NCBI RefSeq assembly: GCF_018977255.1
Contig: NW_024705343.1
Coordinates: 1 to 52,843, forward strand
DNA from: Callorhinchus milii
Taxonomy: Eukaryota
DNA: 52,843 nt
Direction of reading: 5' to 3'
Position numbers and translations under genes: made by a program. This document shows positions 36,041-47,963 of the stretch, one piece after another; position 1 is the first letter of the stretch; each line of letters begins with the position of its first letter. The notes under the pieces were generated by a model. The model was given only the letters and a program-made list of their open reading frames with translations, searched no databases and was not told the DNA's origin.

Positions 36041-38506
36041 TTCATTGGCGAGATCATGCAGTTAACGAAAATGAATGACTAAAACATGTCTTATTATGTA
36101 ACTCGACGGCAGCAACTGCTTTGCATGATCAGTTGATATTGAACGCACCACCTCGAAATGGCAACCGTTTTTGAAACGCAAAGATAATTTTTTTTTTAAG
36201 TCTTATTCGTGTGCGTGCTGTGTGTGCGTTGTCCCCTCGTAATATTAATTGTGTCGTTAGCTTGTGTGGTGTAGGAGGATACAAACAGCGGCCAGAAGTT
36301 TTCTCTGGGTTGGGCGTGGCCGCCGCGAGCCCCCTGCTCGTTCCGTCTCTCTTGCGTGTCTCTGCTTGTGCGCTCTCTCTCTCTCCACTGCTGGATGACG
36401 AGTTGGCACGACGCTCGGTGATGCCCGGTGACGTCCGAGTCGTGCTGCTCTTGCGCTCTCTCTCTCTCTCCACTGCTGGATGACGAGTTGGCACGACGCT
36501 CGGTGACGCCCGGTGACGTCCGAGTCATGCTGCTCTTGCGCTCTCTCTCTCTCCACTGCTGGATGACGAGTTGGCACGACGCTCGGTGACGCCCGGTGAC
36601 GTCCGAGTCGTGCTGCTCTTGCTCTCTCTCTCTCTCCACTGCTGGATGACGAGTTGGCACGACGCTCGGTGACGCCCGGTGACGTCCGAGTCGTGCTGCT
36701 CTTGCGCTCTCTCTCTCTCTCCACTGCTGGATGACGAGTTGGCACGACGCTCGGTGACGCCCGGTGACGTCCGAGTCGTGCTGCTCTTGCGCTCTCTCTC
36801 TCTCCACTGCTGGATGACGAGTTGGCACGACGCTCGGTGACGCCCGGTGACGTCTTGTCTGTTTACACTGGTCGTTGGTAGGTGTGCCCTCAAACACACG
36901 GCGCATTCGATGGCGCTGTCCTCTTCCTCACAGCCGTTTGACCAGGCTTTCTCCACTGCTTCGCGCTCTCTGCTTTGCACGCTTGGTCGACGCTTGGCGA
37001 TCTCCGCCCTTTTACAGGTTGATTGCTTGTCGTCACTCGTCACTCTCTCTGCTCCGTGCTTCCCTTGTTCGTGCAGCTGCCAGCTTCACTCGCACTTAAC
37101 TTCGTTCTGCGAGAAGCGACACCTGCTACCGGCATCGGTGTTTCGTTTCCTCACGACGCTCCGCCAGCCGGAGCACGGCTGAAACCCAGCCCCGACCCAG
37201 GTTGAACTCAGACTTCTGCGACTCGAACGACTCCTCCTCGTTCCATCACTTCTCGAGGCACAACCGCCCCAGCTCTCTTGCGAGCCCCCGTCGCAACGCT
37301 GCGTCGCAAGCCGAGTTGTGAGACTGAGCGCGACTCGGACAGACTGCTCTCAGACTGTCACTTTAACGATGTCTCGTCGTCCCATCTCTCCTCGAGGCAC
37401 GACTGCCACACCTCTCTTGCGAGCCCCGTCGCAACACCGCGTCGCACGCCGAGTTGCGAGACTGAGCACGACTCAACCCAGACTGCCGTTCGCTGTGCTT
37501 GTGCTTAAGTTAAAACGTGACTCCCCTCTCTTGCATTCCTTGCGAGCGGGCAACAAAACACAAACAGAGCGAGAAAAAGCAGACACCCCCGCGACCCCTC
37601 CTCGCGACCTTTCCTAACCCTCCAAGCATTCATGGGCCATCTGTTTGTGCTGCGGGGAGACAAAGACGGCCGTGTTTAACTCAAAACGTGAGCACCCTCT
37701 CCTCTCTCCGCGTCTCTTGCGAGAGAAAACAAACAGAATAAAAAAAACAGATATCTTTGGAATGTCAGGCACCGATTCGCCCCTGTGACCTTTTTGCTCC
37801 CTCTTTGCTTGCCAGACCCCGCTGGAAGACAAAGGTGGCTGAGGAGATGTTTGCAATACATTTATGTGGTCCTGTGTGTTACATTTATTCTTGAATTATA
37901 TTTTATGAGTTCCTTCGGTCTTAGTATCGGGGTTATCATTCGTCTATGTTTAATGAATATTCGTAATGATCCTCGTCACATTATTTTTTTGGGGCTTCGC
38001 CAAGTTTAGTTCTCCAGAGATTGGTGTTTTATTCTGAGTTATATTTTAATGTCCTGAGGTTAAGCGTAACTATGTTTCCACTTAAGCTTTCTGGAATTCG
38101 TACTCTTTAGTTTTTAGGAAGGTCGTGTAGGTAGGAAACATATACTAATAATAAAAAAATTATTGTTTGTTGGTTAATTATCTTTGTTAAGTTTCTACTT
38201 TTCGGTAAGGAAAACGTCAAGAAAACGCGAGTTGCAACCGTTATTTACTCTGCACCTTATCTGTACATCTCCAGATGTCTTGGGAGGCTAGTCCATACAT
38301 CTTTTGTCCATCTGGATGTCTATGACCTCTCTGTGACCGAATTCTCAACATTTTAACCGCCATCCATGTTTCATGGATTCCTGGTGTGCTTGTAGTGGGT
38401 TGTTTTCATTATTTAATTTAAAATATATATATAGATATAATAAAAAAAAACATTTTTTTTTATTATTCTTAATATTAATAACGGAAAACAGGGCATAGAT
38501 ACAACA
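36041..38506 (-). mobile_element. Minus-strand LTR of a related subfamily, truncated at its 3' (left) end
   Basis: Starts TGTTGTAT on the minus strand at 38506. 36041-36330 is the reverse complement of the conserved LTR block seen at 40760-41040 and 13260-13520. It also shares the CACGGCCGTCTTTGTCT motif (~37655-37675). The middle part is diverged. Confidence 0.75.
36371..36853. repeat. 83-85 bp minisatellite, 6 copies, each with a (CT)n tract, inside the minus-strand LTR
   Basis: CCACTGCTGGATGACGAGTTGGCACGACGCTCGGTGA occurs at 36385, 36470, 36553, 36636, 36721 and 36804. Confidence 0.95.
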
Positions 38507-38852
38507 TACCACAGAGGCAACTTAGTTTGTAGACGCCAGGGTACTGTATGTCTGGAACCACATCTTTTACAGACGGGACCAGATCACATATTTTATGTAC
38601 TGTGTTGAATCGGACCTGGATCTTGTGTTTTATCAGGATTTTGGAGATCTTTTTTGTGACCCCAGCAATGTAGAGTAAGGTGATGGTCTTGAAAGGCTCC
38701 TCAACAGGATCCTTCTTGATGGTTGGAGTGATGGCTTTGCGGATTGTGTAGTCGGAGTAACCATTAGCCTTAAGAGCTTGGCGTACGTGTTTGAGTTCAC
38801 TGGCAATGTGTTCCTGGTCGGATATGCATTGGGCTCTATGGTTTAGAGTCTT
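38507..38852 (-). mobile_element. Penelope-like retroelement fragment: RT C-terminal linker and start of GIY-YIG endonuclease
   Basis: KTLNHRAQCISDQEHIASELKHVRQALKANGYS...TLLYIAGVTKKISKIL...PGVYKLSCLCG. Confidence 0.85.
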
Positions 38853-39000
38853 GATCATCTGGCCACATGGCCGGCCTGCTCTAGACCAATTTCTCGACCA
38901 CATCAATTCTATACACCCAGCCATAAGATTCACCATGGAAGTCGAAAAAGATGGCAAGATACCATTTTTGGATGTCTTAATTAAAAGGAGACCTGATGGT
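38849..39000 (+). mobile_element. Penelope-like retroelement RT fragment, inverted relative to its neighbour
   Basis: IIWPHGRPALDQFLDHINSIHPAIRFTMEVEKDGKIPFLDVLIKRRPDG is the characteristic PLE RT segment after the YxDD motif. Confidence 0.88.
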
Positions 39001-41643
39001 TGTTGTGTATGTACCCCCTTTTTATTTTTTTAATATCATTTTTTTAAAGAATTATTCTGCCATCATATATAATATGTTTTTTTTAATAGACACGGGGCAA
39101 CGTGGAACGAACACGCCCCCACTCTTCCACAGAGGCCCCACACTACCACAGATGTGCGCACACCTCATTTCAAAGGAAAGAGGACATGAAAGGGGGGCAA
39201 TAAGGTAATAAAAACTCCCCTAAATTCACACAAGAGGAACAAGGGAGGGGGGGAATGGCAGGCGGGGGGTTGCAGGCCGGGCACCATGGAGGAAGAGATA
39301 ATTATATTCTGAACAAAGATAAGCCGGGATATCAGATTAAATAATCACAAGAAGTCAAATAATAAGTACGGAATTAAAGTAGAAGAGGAATCAAGGGCGG
39401 AGAAGGCTCTCAAAATTAACCAAACACAACAACCCATGGGAAGCGAGCAACACGGCCGTCTTTGTCTTTCCGAGAGGATCTCCACACGCAGGCACAAAGC
39501 TAGGAAATGACACCCATAAAGGGGGCAATGGCTCAAAGGAAATTAACACGTCTTCGAAGATCAATAAATAAAAGCATGCGCCGGGTGCTTCCACCGTGGA
39601 AACAACCGTCTTTGTCTTCCCACAACACGGACAGGAAAAAAAATTGCACACGTGAGGAAATAACATTTCCATGAGAGATCGGGTCACGATGAAACATCGT
39701 GAACACGGTTTCGGCATAACTGTGCAGATGGAACCAAGCAGCAAATAAGTTGCATTTCAACTTCCAAACCAAAACAACTTAAGCTGTGTGAGACAAAGAT
39801 ATGATCCCGAGCAAGGGAGAGAACAATTAAGCTCGCTTAACGCGTAGGTTTTCTCGACAAATATTATTCAGTAACAAAACATGGATTCGAATGTTTTTTT
39901 TATATATAACTCGACGCGAATCATCGGTCTGGCTAATGGATAACTTCGGTGGCGCCGTCACGAGGCACCCCCACCCCTTTCTTCCAGAACGACACAGCTG
40001 TGTCGTCAAAGCTAATAAACACACGGACAAACACGCACGCGAAACACACGGACGGACACACACACAACGAGCACAGATGGTTCAGCCCACAGGAGGGTTT
40101 TATGACAGCCTTTGAACAACTCGGGAAACTGAGTGGAATTTCCAGATATAAACCGAAGAAAAATCCATTCAAAGCAGATCTCGTCCGGGCTTCGGCTCCA
40201 ACACAGTTCGTCCGGGCCACGGGCCCCACCAGAAATCGTCAAGAAGTTTTCGTCATCCAGAATGACGAGGTTTGCAGAGGAAGCTGGCCGCTACAAGCCG
40301 AGGTCTGCACCACCTGAGAAGAATCGCTACCCTGAGTCGCCGAGTTGCGAGTGAAGCCAACAAAGACGCCAACGTCCACCCTGCCACGAACGAAGCATCG
40401 CTCCTCGTCAGAGTGACGACCAGCGAACAACCCGCAGGAAAGGCGGAGATCGCTGAACGAGCGCCAACGTGCGCCACCGTGCGCCACCTTGCGCCACGGG
40501 CGCCACCGTGCACCACCGTGCGCCACTGTGCGCCACCGAGCGACACCGTGCGCCACTGGGCGCCACCGTGCGCCACCGTGCGCCACCGTGCGCCACCGGG
40601 CGCCACCGTGCGCCACCGAGCGACACCGAGCGACACGAGCGACCGAGCATCTTCAAGGACAGCATCGTGCCAACTCGTCATCGAGCAGTGGAGAGAGAGA
40701 GAGAGAGCAAAAGCCGAGCGACACGCCGAGCGAGGGAGCAGCACGACTCGATGCGGCCACGCCCCACCCAGAGGAAGCTGGCCGCTGTTCATATCCTCCC
40801 ACACCACACAAGCTAACGACACAATTCCCGACTCTAAGAATTAATTAATATTACAAGGGGACAACGCACACACAGCACGCACACGAATAAGACTTTAAAA
40901 GAAAACTGTCTTTGCGTTTCAAAAAGGGTTGCCATTTCGAGGTGGTGCGTTCAATATCAACTGATCGTGCAAAGCAGTTGCTGCCGTCGAGTTACATGAA
41001 TAAGAAAGTTTTAGTCATTCATATTAGGTAATTGCATAGTATCGCAAATGCATAAGAGTTTATTCATTCATTTTAGTCAAATGCATAATATCGTAATTGC
41101 ATAAGAATTTTAGTTATTCATATTAATCGAAGGCATGATATCGCAAATGCATATGTGTTTGGTTATTCATGAATTATCGACGCATGTTTGACCTGCATGA
41201 TAGAATGTCACATGCTTGTTAGAATAAATTGCTTCACACCAACTGTTCGAGTGCTTCTTTCCAAGTCCATGCAAAACTGTCTTATTCATAAGAGCTGTTA
41301 CCTGCGATGAGATATGAAAATGGAGACCTAAAATATCATAACACACACTAGGATAATCGGTAAATGAATCTATGATAATCGTGTTATCCTGATTGATAAC
41401 TCTGGATAAACGAAACTAAGCAAATTATCATAACTGCACACATTAACATAATCGCAAGCCTCCGCATAAATTACTACGATTATCTCCGTGATTATCATAA
41501 TTTATGCATATAATTACACGCATTATCATAATTTATGCATAGTAATACACACATTAACATAAATACTGCGATTTGCGCATTTTTCGGAAATTATTAATTT
41601 TTATTATTTTCATCAAAATTTCATAATCCCAACACATACAACA
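39001..41643 (+). mobile_element. LTR 1 (2643 bp) of tandem gag-only LTR element
   Basis: TGTTGT...ACAACA inverted termini. Near-identical to 44944-47606 and 50960-end, and followed by a PBS. Confidence 0.93.
40461..40640 (+). repeat. 10-bp minisatellite (GCGCCACCGT)n inside the LTR; also ~46403-46600 and ~52413-52600
   Basis: About 17-19 copies, with the count and variant pattern differing between the three LTRs. Confidence 0.95.
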
Positions 41644-41646
41644 TAA

Positions 41647-41664
41647 TGGGGGCTCGTCCGGGAT
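41647..41664 (+). promoter_or_regulatory. Primer-binding site complementary to tRNA-Pro
   Basis: TGGGGGCTCGTCCGGGAT, 3 nt after the LTR-terminal CA. This is the canonical 18-nt tRNA-Pro PBS, as in MLV. Confidence 0.93.
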
Positions 41665-42000
41665 CTCTCGCAGACAGTGTTTTGCATGGATGATGGAATG
41701 AATCACTTCGTGTTAACCAGAATATCAGGATCGAACATTGCATGGTAATTGTGAACGGGCGGAAAACTAAAAAACGCCCTCTAAGGTTAAAACCCAGAAT
41801 AGCAGGTTAAAACAGAGACAGTGGAATTAAGATAATATCGTATCAAACCAATTGCATCCTGTGATAAATGGTGTTAGAGGTACACACTCTGAATCGGAAA
41901 ATAACAGATAGCTCGAGTCAAATTGACTACACTCTGTGAGATAATTGTTTTATATGCACTCTGAAAGGGAATGTCAAAGTAACTCCCGCCACACTTTGAG

Positions 42001-44563
42001 ATGCTGGGATTAAGAATAATTTTTGAATGGGTTACAGGATACTGGGAACTCGTATTAAAACGTACCGACCAATCCGTTACAAAGCAGTACAGTCAGAGAG
42101 ACATATGGGAAGGGAGCTATATCGATAACACGAACACACCTCGAGGGAAACTAAGTGACTGGATAAGATGTAACAAAGGCGAACACGATGCAAAAACTGC
42201 AGAGAAGGCAGGACAGGACTCATGACTTCCCACACAGGCATACAGACAGGATTGTGGAATGAGGAAAATTTTGGAAAGGAAACGGGAGAGAAATCGTCTC
42301 TAATAAACGAGGAGAAATGTCCTCACACCCTCGAGAGGGAGGAGAAATCAAAGCTCGCGACACCAGCGAAACTCACAGACGTTAATCCACAGAATAAATA
42401 TGGAAGTAACATTAAATCACACTCTTGGGTACGTGGACAGAGTCCAGGGATTGATCGCACAAAAATTATGGATATCGAACAAAAAATCCTTGACAAAGGG
42501 AAACCCTCACAATTCGAGAGAAGGGATGGAGAGATACATATGCAAACAAAAATATGTGAGACTGACAACTTCACAGATAGAGGGAGGAAAAATGTTAAAG
42601 TAAAGTCGACAGGACATGCTCCACTAAGGGCAGAGGCAAAAACTGAAGGGAAATGGCAACACGCCCGACACAGCACAGACCAAAGTGACAAATTGCCTGA
42701 TGATAACTTGTTTGATGATGACGCTGTCGGCGATCAACTTTCGGAATACCTATTCACCAGTAAAACCCTTAAATTGATGGACAAGGCTCTAGTCAGAATT
42801 CCCGATTTTGACCCCCACAATAAGACTATGGATATCCACACACATATCGCAACAGTAGAAGAGGAGGCAATGATTAGAGGGCTGAGGAGACGGGATGAAA
42901 AAGCGAGTTTGTTGAAACGGACCTTACATAAAGAATCTATCCATGGGTAAAGTCACTACCACACAAGGTTAGAAATGATTTTAAACAACTGAGCCTGGCA
43001 GTGATTCGGAAGTTTGGAGAATATTCGACACTCACTGAGGGGTTTTATGCTGTAAAATCGATGACCCAGGGCATGGACCAAGATCCACGTGACTACCTCG
43101 TCCAATTTAAAAGAGCGTATTACGCAGGCGATGTGAATCAATACCACGAAGGAGATAAAATGTTCAAAATTATGTTTTTTGAATCCTTGAGCCCAGAGAT
43201 TACAGAAAGGGTGAGGATGGTTTTGAATCCAGAAACCGCATCCTTACGCCGCATAGAGAGCAAGGCGTACATGGCATGGTTATACAGAGCTAAGAATCAT
43301 AATTCGGATCCAGAACACAGGGAGAGGGATGAGGAACCCAGCCTCTCAGAGAGGAATAAAAATCACCGAGCAGTCCCACAATGCAGGACGGAGCAAAAAC
43401 GCACGCACACATGGCAAAATAACCCAGAGAGAGGTTGGCACGAGAATGAGAGCGGCACAAAGCCGAACATTCAGAGGAATCGCAGGAGGGGGAGGTTCAG
43501 AACAGAACCATACCAACACCCCATGCCACGACACACACAAGATCAAAATTACCCACAAAGATGGCGAGGTAACAATCCAGGAAAAATTTGGCACCCAAAT
43601 GGGAGAAACACTGGGCCAAAAATGTACGAGAATCGCAGGAGGGAGAGGTTCAGAGCAGAACCATATCAACACCCCATCCCACGACACACGCAAGGTTCAA
43701 ATTACGCACAGAGATGGGAAGATAACCACCTAGCGGGAAGGTGTTACACAGACCGCGGAGGTATGGATGCGAACATTCAGGAGAATCGCAGGATGGGAGG
43801 TCAAACACAATCGATCCAATTCCGACCAATTCCTCCACCGGCTATACCAGGAGGGAATAGAGGAATAACACAGAATGCGGTCCAAATACGTGATGAACCA
43901 TCCACAGTGATTGAGAGCGGGCAGCCCATACGCGCCACGCACGCTGAAGTTTTGTTAAACCCTGAGCTCATTGGGAAATACAGGCAGGCTGCAAGTGACA
44001 GGGCGGGCAAAAACGTGGACAGTGCTCCCGTAAATGACGCGCGGATCGAATACAAGGACAGGGTTGCATTGAAGCGTGATCGGACAGTACAAAAACAGAC
44101 AGCAGGGACACGCCCTGAGGAGCGCAGGCATGAGCCTTTGAATGGAAAATATCCAAGGGAAACCAAAAATTATGTGGATCGGAGTGCTAAAATGGAGACG
44201 AATGTCCATGACGTATCGGGAATGGTGTTGAAATCCAACACACTCGTAAAAACAAAGAGGGCAACATTACGAGGGACAGAATTAAATCGACACACTGACT
44301 CGGCAAATGTGCATGTAATCGCAGAGAGAGCGAATGCCACGAACCAAGTGTCAAAGTGGGTCGTGTGCGCGAATTCTGGTTACGTGCAGCACAATTTTTC
44401 ACCACACACTCCCACGACGCGAGAGAGTGAGAGAGGAAACTACAAAAACGAACCCGAAAACCGTGATCAAATTATCAAAGTGATAAGTGGTAAACCAGGC
44501 AACATGAGGAAGGTAACGCATAAATGCGTTCGAAACCGCTACCTAGCGTTTCCCAGGATTTAA
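42001..44563 (+). pseudogene. gag: gag-like gene of internal region 1, in three frames; no pol
   Basis: LVRIPDFDP...KASLLKRTLH / WVKSLPHKVRNDFKQL...IRKFGEY...QGMDQDPRDYLVQFKRAY resembles a Gypsy capsid domain. Frameshifts fall near 42200 and 42935. No protease, RT, RNase H or integrase motifs occur before the PPT. Confidence 0.75.
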
Positions 44564-44791
44564 CAAAAACAAAAATGAATGTTCGTCAGAGTTATGATGT
44601 ATGAGAACCGATGTAACGCAATATCGATGTTAACGTGTTGTTATTTTCTTTGCTTAATTCAAATGTAACCAGGATTTAACAAAAACAAAAATGAATATTC
44701 GTCGGAGTTATGATGTATGAGAACCGATGTAACGCAATATCGATGTTTAACGTGTTGTTTATTTTCTTTGCTTATTTCAGATGTAACCAGG
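44553..44791 (+). repeat. ~116-bp tandem repeat in the 3' untranslated internal region (2 copies here, 3 copies at ~50455-50807)
   Basis: CCAGGATTTAACAAAAACAAAAATGAAT...GAGAACCGATGTAACGCAATATCGAT...ATGTAA repeated. Confidence 0.9.
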
Positions 44792-44931
44792 TTAAGATTG
44801 TAATACGTGCACGCGCGTCGTAAGAAATAACCGCCGAGAGTAAGGGCGGCTGATGGGATTCATGACATAAAAAGGGGGCATTACTTTGTTTGAAAATTCG
44901 CCAGTGGCCAAATCGACCCCTGATAATTTTC

Positions 44932-44942
44932 AAAAGGGCGGA
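44932..44942 (+). promoter_or_regulatory. Polypurine tract (also ~50948-50958)
   Basis: AAAAGGGCGGA lies immediately before the TG of the next LTR. Confidence 0.75.
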
Positions 44943-44943
44943 T

Positions 44944-47606
44944 TGTTGTGTATGTACCCCCTTTTTATTTTTTTTAATATTATTTTTTTCAAGAATTATT
45001 CTGCCATCATATATAATATGGTTTTTTTAATAGACACGGGGCAACGTGGAACGAACACGCCCCCACACTTCCACAGAGGCCCCCACACTACCACAGATGT
45101 GCGCACACCTCATTTCAAAGGAAAGAGGACATGAAAGGGGGGCAATAAGGTAATAAAAACTCCCCTAAATTCACACAAGAGGAACAAGGGAGGGGGGAAT
45201 GGCAGGCGGGGGGTTGCAGGCCGGGCACCATGGAGGAAGAGATAATTATATTCTGAACAAAGATAAGCCGGGATATCAGATTAAATAATCACAAGAAGTC
45301 AAATAATAAGTACGGAATTAAAGTAGAAGAGGAATCAAGGGCGGAGAAGGCTCTCAAAATTAACCAAACACAACAACCCATGGGAAGCGAGCAACACGGC
45401 CGTCTTTGTCTTTCCGAGAGGATCTCCACACGCAGGCACAAAGCTAGGAAATGACACCCATAAAGGGGGCAATGGCTCAAAGGAAATTAACACGTCTTCG
45501 AAGATCAATAAATAAAGCATGCGCCGGGTGCTTCCACCGTGGAAACAACCGTCTTTGTCTTCCCACAACACGGACAGGAAAAAAATTGCACACGTGAGGA
45601 AATAACATTTCCATGAGAGATCGGGTCACGATGAAACATCGTGAACACGGTTTCGGCATAACTGTGCAGATGGAACCAAGCAGCAAATAAGTTGCATTTC
45701 AACTTCCAAACCAAACAACTTAAGCTGTGTGAGACAAAGATATGATCCCGAGCAAGGGAGAGAACAATTAAGCTCGCTTAACGCGTAGGTTTTCTCGACA
45801 AATATTATTCAGTAACAAAACACGGATTCGAATGTTTTTTTTTATATATAACTCGACGCGAATCATCGGTCTGGCTAATGGATAACTTCGGTGGCACCGT
45901 CACGAGGCACCCCCACCCCTTTCTTCCAGAACGACACAGCTGTGTCGTCAAAGCTAATAAACACACGGACAAACACGCACGCGAAACACACGGACGGACA
46001 CACACACAACGAACACAGATGGTTCAGCCCACAGGAGGGTTTTATGACAGCCTTTGAACAACTCGGGAAACTGAGTGGAATTTCCAGATATAAACCGAAG
46101 AAAAATCCATTCAAAGCAGATCTCGTCCGGGCTTCGGCTCCAACACAGTTCGTCCGGGCCACGGGCCCCACCAGAAATCGTCAAGAAGTTTTCGTCATCC
46201 AGAATGACGAGGTTTGCAGAGGAAGCTGGCCGCTACAAGCCGAGGTCTGCACCACCTGAGAAGAATCGCTACCCTGAGTCGCTGAGTTGCGAGTGAAGCC
46301 AACAAAGACGCCAACGTCCACCCTGCCACGAACGAAGCATCGCTCCTCGTCAGAGTGACGACCAGCGAACAACCCGCAGGAAAGGCGGAGATCGCTGAAC
46401 GAGCGCCAACGTGCGCCACCGTGCGCCACCTTGCGCCACCGGGCGCCACCGTGCGCCACCGTGCGCCACTGTGCGCCACCGAGCGACACCGTGCGCCACC
46501 GGGCGCCACCGTGCGCCACCGGGCGCCACCGTGCGCCACCGTGCGCCACCGTGCGCCACCGGGCGCCACCGTGCGCCACCGAGCGACACCGAGCGACACG
46601 AGCGACCGAGCATCTTCAAGGACAGCATCGTGCCAACTCGTCATCGAGCAGTGGAGAGAGAGAGAGAGAGCAAAAGCCGAGCGACACGCCGAGCGAGGGA
46701 GCAGCACGACTCGATGCGGCCACGCCCCACCCAGAGGAAGCTGGCCGCTGTTCGTATCCTCCCACACCACACAAGCTAACGACACAACTCCCGACTCTAA
46801 GAATTAATTAATATTACAAGGGGACAACGCACACACAGCACGCACACGAATAAGACTTTAAAAGAAAACTGTCTTTGCGTTTCAAAAAGGGTTGCCATTT
46901 CGAGGTGGTGCGTTCAATATCAACTGATCGTGCAAAGCAGTTGCTGCCGTCGAGTTACATGAATAAGAAAGTTTTAGTCATTCATATTAGGTAATTGCAT
47001 AGTATCGCAAATGCATAAGAGTTTATTCATTCATTTTAGTCAAATGCATAATATCGTAATTGCATAAGAATTTTAGTTATTCATATTAATCGAAGGCATG
47101 ATATCGCAAATGCATATGTGTTTGGTTATTCATGAATTATCGACGCATGTTTGACCTGCATGATAGAATGTCACATGCTTGTTAGAATAAATTGCTTCAC
47201 ACCAACTGTTCGAGTGCTTCTTTCCAAGTCCATGCAAAACTGTCTTATTCATAAGAGCTGTTACCTGCGATGAGATATGAAAATGGAGACCTAAAATATC
47301 ATAACACACACTAGGATAATCGGTAAATGAATCTATGATAATCGTGTTATCCTGATTGATAACTCTGGATAAACGAAACTAAGCAAATTATCATAACTAC
47401 ACACATTAACATAATCGCAAGCCTCCGCATAAATTACTACGATTATCTCCGTGATTATCATAATTTATGCATATAATTACACGCATTATCATAATTTATG
47501 CATAGTAATACACACATTAACATAAATACTGCGATTTGCGCATTTTTCGGAAATTATTAATTTTTATTATTTTCATCAAAATTTCATAATCCCAACACAT
47601 ACAACA
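44944..47606 (+). mobile_element. LTR 2 (shared middle LTR)
   Basis: Preceded by a PPT and followed by a PBS. Near-identical to LTR 1. Confidence 0.93.
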
Positions 47607-47609
47607 TAA

Positions 47610-47627
47610 TGGGGGCGCGTCCGGGAT
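47610..47627 (+). promoter_or_regulatory. Second tRNA-Pro PBS with one mismatch
   Basis: TGGGGGCGCGTCCGGGAT (T>G at position 8). Confidence 0.85.
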
Positions 47628-47963
47628 CTCTCGCAGACAGTGTTTTGCATGGATGATGGAATGAATCACTTCGTGTTAACCAGAATATCAGGATCGAACA
47701 TTGCATGGTAATTGTGAACGGGCGGAAAACTAAAAAACGCCCTCTAAGGTTAAAACCCAGAATAGCAGGTTAAAACAGAGACAGTGGAATTAAGATAATA
47801 TCGTATCAAACCAATTGCATCCTGTGATAAATGGTGTTAGAGGTACACACTCTGAATCGGAAAATAACAGATAGCTCGAGTCAAATTGACTACACTCTGT
47901 GAGATAATTGTTTTATATGCACTCTGAAAGGGAATGTCAAAGTAACTCCCGCCACACTTTGAG

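Noticed and set aside
39933..40848. ORFs inside the LTRs (122-196 aa, e.g. HRAPPCAT / VAHGGARWR repeats), recurring in all three LTRs
   Set aside because: They recur only because the LTR is duplicated, derive from the 10-bp minisatellite, and their frames are not preserved between copies.
41647..44943. Endogenous gammaretrovirus, suggested by the MLV-type tRNA-Pro PBS
   Set aside because: No pol or env is present, the Gag looks Gypsy-like, and tRNA-Pro priming is not exclusive to retroviruses.
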